DNA of 37,084 bases from Catajapyx aquilonaris. Lineage: Eukaryota. Positions within the stretch are counted from its first letter, which is position 1; each line of letters begins with the position of its first letter. The notes under the pieces are model-generated. The model did not search any database. It worked only from the letters and a program-made list of their open reading frames with translations, and had not been told where the DNA came from. The DNA lies in the NCBI GenBank assembly GCA_000934665.2, contig KZ538016.1, positions 124,001-161,084 on the forward strand, given 5' to 3'. The position numbers were made by a program, and so were the translations under genes. This document shows, one piece after another, positions 1 through 11,100 of this stretch.

Positions 1-176
1 GCCGGCGGAGGTGGAGGAGGTGGCGGAGGAGGCGGAGGTGGTGTCGGAGGGGACGGCGGGGCATGATGCCCGCCGGACACCTGGTTGTGGTGGTTCCCCT
101 TTGCCTTTTCGGTCACCACAGACGCCGCGCGACACTTCTCAGTCACCACCGTCACGCTCCAGTATCCCCAAGCCAT
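1..176 (-). CDS. Start of a proline-rich coding exon, MAWGYWSVTVVTEKCRAASVVTEKAKGNHHNQVSGGHHAPPSPPTPPPPPPPPPPPPP..., running off the window; alternative aPKC first exon or nested gene
   Basis: ATG at 176 in a strong accATGG context with an in-frame TGA at 188-186. Open to the window edge. The poly-Pro uses mixed CCT/CCG/CCA codons, and VVTEK is repeated with synonymous differences. Absent from the ORF track because there is no stop in the window. Confidence 0.65.
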   Translation of the reverse strand, partial: MAWGYWSVTVVTEKCRAASVVTEKAKGNHHNQVSGGHHAPPSPPTPPPPPPPPPPPPP

Positions 177-549
177 GGTCCTAGCTCACTTTTGACGCCC
201 AGTCTGTCACGTCCGACAGAATCGAAAGCCCTGCATCTGACAACAAGACATCGCTATAACCTAATCACCTGGCCCTGTTTAGCCCTGGACGAAACATTTT
301 CCGGATCATAACCGGCGGTAAGTGGGCAACGTAAAGTGGGACCGCAACGTAGAGGCTGCCAGAAAGGCAGGCAGGCAGTTGGCCTGGAGTTCAGCCAAAA
401 CGCAACCACCACCACTACCTCGGCCCCACCTTGAAAGAACATGCAGTCGATCACCGAGCTGGCTTTAATTGGCCGAATGGAGGCCCTTTTTGAGGGGCGG
501 TCACGAAACCTAAAAAGGAGGTTGGTAACGCGCCTGCACCGACAAACCG

Positions 550-660
550 CGCCTGACCCACGCAATCGCCCCTCGTTTTATATATACATACACATACACA
601 CACGCATTCACTTGCAAACACTGACGTCACCGGGGTCAGACCCAGTGTGAAATTTGCATG
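550..660 (-). promoter_or_regulatory. Candidate Pol II promoter: octamer (652-659), palindromic CRE TGACGTCA (622-629), TATAAAA (582-576), possible initiator near 554
   Basis: Exact motif matches in the order and spacing expected for minus-strand transcription. TCAG lies about 28 nt downstream of the TATA box, upstream of the Kozak ATG at 176. Confidence 0.6.
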
Positions 661-1706
661 TTTAACAAACAGGCACGTAAATGTGCAGCTGACTAGCTTG
701 TTTTGCTGATGCGGTGAGACATAACGCGGGCTCATTTTCGCAAGGAGATATAACTCACAGCCGTTTCGCATTCCTTCCGACAGCTATTGCTAGTTACTTG
801 TAGCCGGATAAGGCCCATCGTCTTAACCTATCTGATCAACCGCAAGCAATAAAAAAGAGCGTTCAAGATGACTTTTTTTTTTTTTTTTCCTCTTTCTACC
901 CGAAGCAGCAGGAACTACGCCGGTCGGCTTAGCAATACACGTCAGAGTTACGTGATGTATATTTATTAACATTAATCCCTACTCAAACACCCACAGCCCT
1001 CGGCGAAGGCGCTCATCCATCATGTTTCTATCGGCCCTTATTCCGCAAATACTTTCGACGCCTTTATTACCATTAAAATTTATCTTACCGGAAAGGGGAT
1101 TACCCGCCGCTGAAAATATCGGCACTTTTAATCAATTCCCAATCAATTTGAACAAATGCACAATGTGCAGGAGCAATCCACGGCGCATCGATCAAAGTCG
1201 TGGAACTTTCAGATAATGGCTTCTGAAGCACGTGTCATCTTCGCGTGACAGTCGGAAGGTACAAACACTGCGATTTCTGATATGCCACTTGTAACACGTG
1301 CCTGACAATTGGTCTGCTTCTCCTTTTTTGTGTTTTTTTTTTAAACGCCGCGCCTTCGATTGGCTGCATGCACTTACGTATTATTGATCTGAACGACAGC
1401 CGACCTGACTAGACCAACACGAACTCACGTGGCGAAACGTACATATCTACACCTGTCAAGGTTGACTGATCCGCCTATCGCACATTGATCGCACACCACA
1501 AAACTTCAGCTGCACTCGCTCACAAACCGCGCACAGGGCCAGGTGTGACCTCGAGTCTAACCTGCTAGTGTCGAGGGTATGTTAAGTGTGCTATAACAAC
1601 GCAGTGTAGATCCCCGCCTGTCCGGCTCCCCTGGCTTCCTCCAGCTGACTGCAGGCAGGCGGGTGGTGGCAGGGTGGGCCTCGGCAGAGGTGGGCATGGG
1701 CAAAGT

Positions 1707-1729
1707 GGGTGGGTGGGTGGGAGGGAGGG
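1707..1729 (+). repeat. (GGGT/GGGA)6 tract, predicted G-quadruplex
   Basis: GGGTGGGTGGGTGGGAGGGAGGG has six GGG runs with 1-nt loops and sits inside a GC-rich block at about 1600-1780. Confidence 0.7.
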
Positions 1730-4297
1730 CACGAGAGGAGAGTCAGTGCGACGCGGGTTGCGAGCTGGGTCGGTGGCGAAAATTTCAGACTCTCCTTCAC
1801 CCAGACCAAGCTCATTTTTCCAGGGGCTTTTGCTACATCGCACCCATTTCGAGGGAGGACCCCCCGAAAAAAAAAACCCGCAGTTGGAACATCTGCGACT
1901 TACTTCTTCACTAACGATATCTCTGCAGATGTGCGCTCAAACTGGGCACTATCTGGCTGTCCACTAAATTAAATAACACGTGTACTGGCGCAAGGTGGTC
2001 CTCAAAAAGCAGGGTGTGATCCAGTATGTTTCTCCGGGACCAGGCTTAAACCGTGCCAAAGTTGGCAACTTAAGTAATCGGCTGCAATATTCAGAGTTTT
2101 CAACATTTTAACAGCCCACAGTGCAAAGTCTGTTCTTACTGTATATCGGCTGATCCTCTAATTTGCTCAACTATGGTTTCAACTTGAATTATAGCGGGAT
2201 AATGAAATTTAAAAAAAAAACACGCCAGTATGAGAAGTACAGTAGGCCTATGAAAATTACAGTATGAAGCGGATATAGAGAGAATACTGCAGCTCTGCAA
2301 ATCTCGCAGGCTTTTACAGCACTTACAATTGCTAATCGCCCTAGTGTTAAATTAGTTAAATACACGGAGAAGTTAAAGCTGCAGTTCGCTTATTAATAAG
2401 TGTTAAATTTCAAGTACAGTATCTTCTGCTAATGGTATCGAGCTGTACTATTTATAGCCTCGCTCCTTCGATTACTATTCGCACAAACAGCCCTCACCCT
2501 CCTTGAACCAAACAATCACAAATCACAACCGAATGGCCAGCCGTTGTGGATGAGTGTTTATAACCTTCCATGAACTGGACCTGCTCCCGTTCATGAGAAG
2601 AGGAAAAACTCGAGTTGAAGTTCCAAAAAGCCCCTGGTAAGATGGCCATATGCAACACAAAAGAGGCTGATGGGTTGCATAGTGGGTGAGGATAACAGTC
2701 AAGGCCAAACTCCGCCTTATTCCTTTTCGCTTTTCCTCCCGCCCAGTTCATTTTCAAAGCTCATTTACAAAGCATTATACCGCGCGGCGGTTTCGCACTA
2801 AAAATTTTTTCCTCTGAATGTTTGCCAACTTCCTTCCCGCTTTAACCAAAGGGGTAGTTGAAAACTTTTCACAAATTACGGCGCACATGCCATCTGTTCC
2901 TGTCACGACCGATTCCCAGTTTTCGCCAAGATGTTGTCCAAGCACTTTCTTGTCGCAGATCGCTTATTGGATACTGAAAACATGTGTTTTCCTACTATTT
3001 CCTTTATTAATGCAGCGCCTATAGTCGGACTATTGATTTGGCCTAAAGCTACCAGCTGAGCAACTCCAACATTGACATTAACCTCCTTTTCCGCGGGTAA
3101 TCTTACCCAGCTGATCTAAATCCAAGTATAATTAGCTTCCAGGACTAGCTCGAGAAGTTTATGAATTTCAAGGAAAAACCAGATGCGTCGATTTGCAAAT
3201 ATATCAAATTGTTCACATCAGTTTTCTCCGAGCTGAGTTCACTCGTATCTTCCGCTTCGCTTTGTTGCAAACTTTAAGCATCATAACTAAGGCTTCAGCC
3301 AATGAGCTTCCGTAATGACTTTCTGCAAAGAACTTTTGAGCGAATTAGAGCTCCGTCTTTAGGAGGCCTTAAAAATACATATTCATTGCTCTTTGAAAAC
3401 TAACGATTTCTCCTGCATCCGGATACCTCCTCGAAAATAGCGTCTGTGACAAATATCAAGAGACATCTGGAGCCATTCCGTGTCAAATCAGCATTAAATT
3501 TTGCGCAATGCGATCGATGTCATTGGCAACATTTGTTGTCGGCGCTATTACAGCATGTGCAATTTCTCCAGCAAGCTGTTTCAGTATTTGAAAAGCAAAT
3601 AAATAGACGGCAAAAATCGCCCGCCCTCAAACCGAAGCTATTCAAATGCAAAATGACTGGTATGTCAGGCCACGACTGTGAAGCAATCGATTGACGGGGG
3701 AAACGGAGAGGGGAAAAAATGCTTTCAATAAGACCAATATGAACGGCGGTAGACTCGTGTAATTTCAGTGCACTCGAATAAATGCGATCAATTTCGTGTT
3801 ACAATGCCGCATGCGCTTTTCAAACCCTCATCATCAGCTCGGTAAATGGAGTTCCGCGCCTTTGTCGCACTGAAACTATGTTACCATTCATCAGCATACA
3901 TTAAACATCCTGGTTCCTATGCCAAAAGCACAGTATAAATTTCACCACATTGTGGTGAAACTATTTTTGTCCTCGGGATTCCAAGGACGCCGGAATTTCT
4001 GCGCACATAAATCGCCATTACGAAGCATGTCAAGAGGGACCTGAAAGCGCAAACAGTTCTCTACAATGTAATTCTATTACCTATCCGGCTGAGGACTAGG
4101 CATTAAAAGGTCTCCAGAACCACAAACAGACTCGCAGAGAGCGTTACCTCTAAAATTTTGAACTCTTCATCTGCTCCATTTCTCTCCGAGAACGACGTTA
4201 GGTTGGGAGCTGGAGTATTATCAAATGACAGACAGGCTTCTTGGAGAAAAGTGACTTGATCTTGAATAACGCTTGGAAAAAAATGTCACCGGCAATC

Positions 4298-4305
4298 TGA
4301 CGTCA
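4298..4305. promoter_or_regulatory. Second full CRE palindrome TGACGTCA
   Basis: Exact 8-mer match; function not shown. Confidence 0.3.
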
Positions 4306-7300
4306 AGTAACCTGGTTGGAATGGGGAGAGAGAAAAAAAACTTCTCGTCACATGTCACAAGTCGTCTCTGTCCTAAGATCAAGACGATATGCATGAGAAG
4401 AAAAAATCAATTCAAATGCTTCGGGCCAATTTTGCGAGTCGTCGCCCGGAAATCCTCCAGAGATTTAGCCAGGTTGGGCATATCTCCTCTACAAATTCAC
4501 ATTATTTCAACGCCTCCTTCCAAAAATAAAAGACGGTCCCTGTACGACCGCATATATCGTCGTCAAAATAAGAATCCCCGGACAGCACATTTGCATTGTT
4601 CTGGGAATCGTGAGCCGCAGTAAGAGATTGCCTAGGGAATCATAACAAGTTCCGCGAACATCTTTGGCAGCCGCCTTCTTAAGCCGGCTTGCCAGGATTT
4701 TCCGCGACGTTTGTAATGGGCCCCTTCAACCATGATATGCACCGAGTGATGCCGTGAACTCTGCCAAATTCAGAGACGAGTGTCCTCGCATATGCACCTG
4801 AAGTGTGGGCAGGCACAATCTTCTCTTTCTCTAGGTGATCGATCCACACCGGTCAGCCCCCCAAAAAGTCGCAGTCAGCCCTGCGCAATTTGGTTGCTTC
4901 GTTTAGGCGCAAGAACCTATTAACTCGGTTAGCGTGACGTCGTTGCTCCGGCGAGCCAGACGCCCCACGTTTAGTGGAAATAGTCCTGCGGAAGAAAACT
5001 TGGTGAGGGCCCCCCTCCTCCCTAATTGTTCAACTAGTTACAGGGCCTTCGGGCGTCAGATTGGACCGATTTGGGGACGTGACAAAGGCAAAACCCCATT
5101 CCCTCACTCCCCAAGCTCCGACTGCCCTTTGTGGCCTCTGCTCTTCGCTCGCCCGACGCTTCTCAAGCCTTCTTCCAAAATCGGCTTACAAACTAACGAT
5201 GCGGGGACTCCGATGCTCAGCCTCGAATAATGATGAAGTTGGCCAACAAAAATCACGTTTTTCCGTCCGCTGAAATTAGCCCCCCACGGTGCGACAACAG
5301 GTTTGCGAATTCATTTCAGATGCTCCGAAACATCAACAGATTTGGGAATGCATTATAATAGTACGTTGCAAAATATTCAAATTAAAGTGAGCCTATATCT
5401 AACCCCCAGGAGTGTATACGTCTATACTACCACTCTGAGAGGTCCAATAGCATGTAGACCTGATGATCAATTGAACTCTCACCTAATTAAATTAACGCTG
5501 CGAGTCCTAATCAAGCAGACCTCTCTCGCTTTCTCAACTGTCATTGGCACGCACAAGCTTTAGACTTGTGAGTACTAGCAGTCATACCTGTACTGTACCC
5601 CTAGCAATTCAAACACGCCGCTCCACAACATGCTGCAAAATATTTCATGTATCGCTCAGGTAGCAAGGCGCTAACTCTTACAAACCGTTAGAATACCAAA
5701 CGCAGGTTAATTTCCTTGCATGCGCCAAATCAGTAGGCTCTATCTCCAATTTTGTTCGCTGTTCTGAATAGTCGAATAACTTGCACGCGACCTCTCCCTG
5801 CACCGTCCGAAAGCAATTAAACCCAGCTATTCAAGTGGAAATGGAAAGCACGAAGTCCCTAATCGCCGTCAACATGTTGACGTACAGATCCATCCCACTA
5901 TTAGCCTTTGAGAGGTTGGAAGACTCGAATTGAAAATCGCATTTGCGAACGGACAGGGGCATGCTGGATCCACTCACAAAGGTGTACTCGAGCGTACATG
6001 GATACGTCTCAGGGGGACCTTCAACCGGGATCTCCTTATCATAATGGCTGGAGAAGTAGAGCGGCGGATAGATCTTCTATTGGGCCTTGGGGGTCCCTGA
6101 CAGCATCCCTTCATCGGCAAAACCTTCTCCTTAAGATCAGAAGAAGCTAGTGCTCCTCAGAATCCAGGGAGGTCAAATCGATTTGAGCACAGCCTCTGAC
6201 TAAACGCCCGCAGTCATTCGACGTATAGTTTTTGTACAGATCGCATTGTCAACTCGGATGCATACGAAGCTTGTAGAGGAAATGGCGCCAATTTTATGAC
6301 AAGGTGCAAAGGCGTTGTAATCCGAAACTGGGGGAGTTCTCGAGTTGCAAAAAGTCTGCGACTGACTGTTTACAGGCCCGGCACAGGAAACGATCTGGAG
6401 AGCTCTCAGGGCGCATCAGAAAATTGGTTTTCGAAGGTGAGCACTTCGGCTGCGGCCGTTACAACGTCGGTTGAGGGCAAGGCTATCTTTATGCCCGCCT
6501 ATTTAACGTGCATTTAGCTTCCCGAAGAGGTTTTCTCGGAACGTTGCATAGTGTCTTGTTTGCGGAGCTGGCCAAAATTTCCAGGCCAACCGGTCAAGAC
6601 CACTTACAAAGTATTCGCGTTTGCTCCAGTTCCCTACAGAGCACGGAATCGTCTGTAATTCTACGTGAAAGTATTGCTAATGAAAAACACATGAGAACGT
6701 ATCAATAATTCACATTGCTTGTAATCAAGAACAGTGGCAAGAGGGCTCCGTGGCGGTTTTGCTGGGCGGAATTCAAAAACCCCAAGAGATTCAGAGGCTC
6801 ATTTTAAACATTTGAAATCGTGATAGGCCTCGTACATCTAAATAATGAAAAATAGTACCTACCACTCAGCAATAAAAAGATATCGGGCACAACAAATTAA
6901 GTTAGACAAAATTCGCCATGTAAATCGACTGCATTTTGCGAATAACGCTAAATTAGGTTAAAGTGAAACACTGAAACTCCCTGATTGATACCGACGGTGA
7001 TGAGATTTAAAAATTTTTCCATGTGGAAGTTTTAAAATTGTAGCACATAGGACTATCTATTTTTCATTTGTTGGTGGGAACACTCGCCCTACATAACCTA
7101 ATTATACAGTGAAAACATCACGATTTCATTTAAATATGTAGAATGAAGCATTCAATGTTTTGGTTTCATGAATAAAGATAATTCTCATGAAATATCTGAA
7201 TTTTGCCTGTAGGCTGGGTGGCAAATGTTACATATTACACGAAATGTTAAATTGTTACTAAAATTACATCTATGTACCTAGGGGTAAAAATGTCAGCGAC

Positions 7301-10300
7301 AAATAGCGTTTATTTGCACGCTGTTCATATCAAGCTAAAATTGAAAAATCATAATTTCAACATGCATTTGAACCGATTTGAACTACTCAGAGAATGGTCG
7401 TGAAATATTTCGTTTCGCATTACCATATGATATGCAGTACTATTATCAGAACGTCCAATAGAAATTATAAATTCAAAATTAATCATCTGAAATTAATCGA
7501 TTGACATAGGCCTATTTGTTTCCTACCTAGATATAACAGCATCACAATAATCACACATATCATAAATATGTCATATCCGGAGTTTTCCACATCTATTTCT
7601 TTGCATGTCGTCCACACTAACCAAAACCTATATGCTGTAATGTTCTTCAGGCATCTTGGTACATAATGTCTACATTTTCCTTGCACTTGGCAGAGAAGTT
7701 GACGGCATGCTTCATTATTTTGATTTAAAAACCCAGTAACATTTCTCCAGTAACTATGACGGTCGTCAGAGTGCACTATTTGATATGGAACCACATCGAC
7801 GATTTAGAGTCGTATACAATAACGAACGGGAGTGTTGGTAATTACTGAATGACAGCCGGTAAGAGTACAGTGCCAAAGAAACTTGACGTAACGTACGTGA
7901 TCTCCAAAGCTGAAGGTCACCTGGGGCTCATCTTCCCTGAAACCTTCCCAGCTATTGACTGCAGGTGCAAGGTTTCCCTTTGTATCGAAAAGGGGTCCGG
8001 TGTCTAAAAGTCCATAAATCAAGGTGGTAGTGCAGCTGCGACGATAAAATTCACTTGATCGTCTCGGTGCTGTCTCTCGTGTTCCGATAAAGGCTAAAAC
8101 CCAGACCTCCAAGAAAGCGATAAGGTTCGGAGGGGATTTCAGCGGATTTACTCCAAATGGATGTCCCTTCGGCGCGCCATTCAGAAGGCATCGCTTGCTA
8201 AAACGACCCGCTGTTGAGACGCCCACCTTAATTTCTCCCAAACACGTTACTATGTGAAGGTCTGTCTCCATGAATCAGTGGCTGGAGCAAGCACACCAGG
8301 CAGCGATGGTTCCATAAAGCCATTTCGAGACACTTGTTGCGTGACTCGCTCATGGTGTAAAATCGACAGCTTCCTCTAATAACGGCTCTTCCATTCAATG
8401 GTTTTCAGGTTCCGCCATTTAAGACTCCGGCATCTCAGTTTGGCAATAACTCGTGTTAAGCACACGAACCTTGCGGTTAGTACCAATCGGGGTTACCGCG
8501 CCAACAACGGTCTAATTTGCTGACGCGTTTCAGTAAAAACTTGCCAGATTACACCACCTCCCCATTAGGTAAAAAGTTCGAGAATTTTGCATAGTTTTTG
8601 TCTGAATATCGTAGCTGCAATCTCCATTTTGCTGCCTAACGAGCTGAAGCTACCCTGCGGCATTTACCTACAAGAAACTACTTCCATCCCCGCCCTCCAT
8701 CCTCCTATACTACATCCCCCAGCAGATGCATAGGAGAGAATTCACTTCATTGGCCGCGATAAGACCAAAAGGAAGCAAGGCGGCTGAGGTGGTTATGGAG
8801 TGTCTCAAAGTACTTCTTCCGCCCGGGAAAATGTAATCAAATCCTTCCTTACAGAAACTCGCTATCAAACCCAACAAGACACTTTCGAAACAAAGTTGGC
8901 GGGGCTACGTCATTACGGAAATAAGAACACCAACTCCCGGGACGTTACAAGTTCCAGCATTCGGGACAAACTGACAATAGTTTACAGCTTCCCAGTTTTA
9001 GGCACGGGCAAACTCCGCCCGAGTTAAATCCGAGGTACTTTTTCCTCTTACATGCAGAGTTTTCATGCATCGCTTCATTATTTACGGGCGGGAAAACTAG
9101 TACAATGCCAACCCATACATACACACACAAAAAAACGCATTGCTGACATGAATCAATAGGTATCTGAGAAATTTATTCCCTGCGTACTTGTGCATGTACA
9201 CACGCAAAAAGCACGCTGCTATAATAAAGGGGGGCGAAAGGGACACCGGTATCGCTGCCCTTGCACGAATGCACATTTGAAAAGCGGGTTTAAAAAAAAA
9301 ATCACTGGGTCACTCGTTTGGGTTTCAAAGCATATGAAAAAAGGTCTCAAGATGCGAGTGGACCGTAATGGTGGTGAAATCATGTCTGTGGAGCTGTGCA
9401 CGCCAGGTTTAGCCTAGCTCCACAGCACGCATACCATTAACCTCTACCGTGGGCAGTAGTTGCTGAATTTCCCATTTTACCACCCTGAATGCATGTACGG
9501 ACCACTCGCCCGTCCATATCTACTCATCCGGAATACCGTGATGGGATAATCCTGTAACGGGGAGCCCGGATAAGCGCCGTATATTGCGGGAGGCCCCCCA
9601 CTTATGTAGCTACAACTACCGCATGAGCTGCCAAGGCATTTGCAACCTTGATACGGCCGTGGTGCCAAAGTCAGAAAAATCATTATTAATCCGCGATCGG
9701 CAATTTATGCGGCGTTTATTTAAAACGCTTAAACACTAAACTGCCTGCGGAAACTCCAGCCTACGTGACAATAGAGGACGCTCCATATGCACGTGAAATG
9801 AAGGTTCAAGGTAATGCGATATCGAGGATATTATAACTACAAACGCGTATAAAGTTACTGACTCATAAAACTTGTCAAACTCCGCCGAAACTGCTGCTAA
9901 TTTTACGGACGCAATCATAAATTCGAGCCATCAACATGGCTAATGCAGTTTATGTATAGGCTTATTATGCCACTCTGTGGAATAGAGAGGAAGGTTTCAG
10001 CCGTCTATTGTACTGTGCATGCATGGTATAAAATAAATACCGTCAAAAACTGCAGCTAATGCAAGCAGTGTGTGTTATCGTGTACGTTGCCTTTCATTTC
10101 ATTAGTCAAAGCATCGGCTCTATCATACAGGGCGATCCATACTAAACTCCCCACCGGTCATAATGAGGCAAGATTAGAGGGAAAATACATATGGTTCAAG
10201 TGTTAAAACCTATTAAGGTATTAATTAAATAACTTAACTACAAGCCCATGGCAACGGCAAGCTGAAAATAATTCAATTACGAACTATAACTTCCGAAATA

Positions 10301-11081
10301 GATAGCATCTGGATTTAATTGGAATTCAAAATTACTGCACTATGAGGCTTGGGGCTAACTGGCATTTCGAGAATCCGTGTATTAAAAAATGCCAACCTAA
10401 ACTTTATATAAACTATGCGCTCAACTATCGGTTAACTATCAACTGGAACCAGCTGGCATTATTTTAATTAGCAGAGGCTGTTTTCCCACACACTTCAGGA
10501 TAGACAAACTGCACTGACTCTGAGGTGAAGGCGCCATGTGACACCTTATTCTTCCAGCAAGGTGGAAAAAAAAGAAGAGCAATTCCCCAAAGACGTCGAA
10601 AGGTAATTTCCCCGGCTGTAGGTGCTATGTCAGGCGAGTTCCCCGTGTTTCCAACTGGCAAAAACAGGCGAGGCAGAGGGCTCACCTTCTCCTTTTCCCT
10701 TGGCATTTGCATCAAAATGGTGAAGCCACCGAAGCGCAGGAAAAGCAAATCTTGCACTATATATCGCGGCCTTGTGCCTGCTGACTCCGGCTTTAAAAAA
10801 GAAAAAAGGGGGAAAAAAACCCATGTTCCATCCAATTTTTCAGAATTTCTGGACTGTTATTTTACGGGAGCAGGGCGCAATTGCCAGCGATACAATTTTC
10901 ACTGCTGCCGTTTAAAGCCGGGTAAAACGGCCTTCCTTCTGCGCCGACCTTTTTCCAAAAAGGGCCATTTCCCAGTTTACGGAGTAAAGTGCGGCACCCT
11001 TCCGCTCTTTGGATAATTGCAGAGGTCAATTGATTTACACCAACGGGGACATGTCTAACTGACCAGAGGGCAGAAAAAAGA

Positions 11082-11100
11082 GGGGGGGGGGGGGGGGGNG
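11082..11100 (+). repeat. Poly-G homopolymer containing an ambiguous base (N at 11099)
   Basis: G17-N-G read directly; the length is probably uncertain in the assembly. Confidence 0.9.

Noticed and set aside
1..62. Plus-strand Gly-rich ORF or simple (GGN)n microsatellite
   Set aside because: Better explained as the antisense of the poly-Pro codons in the minus-strand ORF starting at 176.
7804..8271. 155-aa minus-strand ORF as a gene or alternative aPKC exon
   Set aside because: No recognisable domain, and the nearby candidate donors are weak and phase 0, not compatible with the phase-1 aPKC junction.
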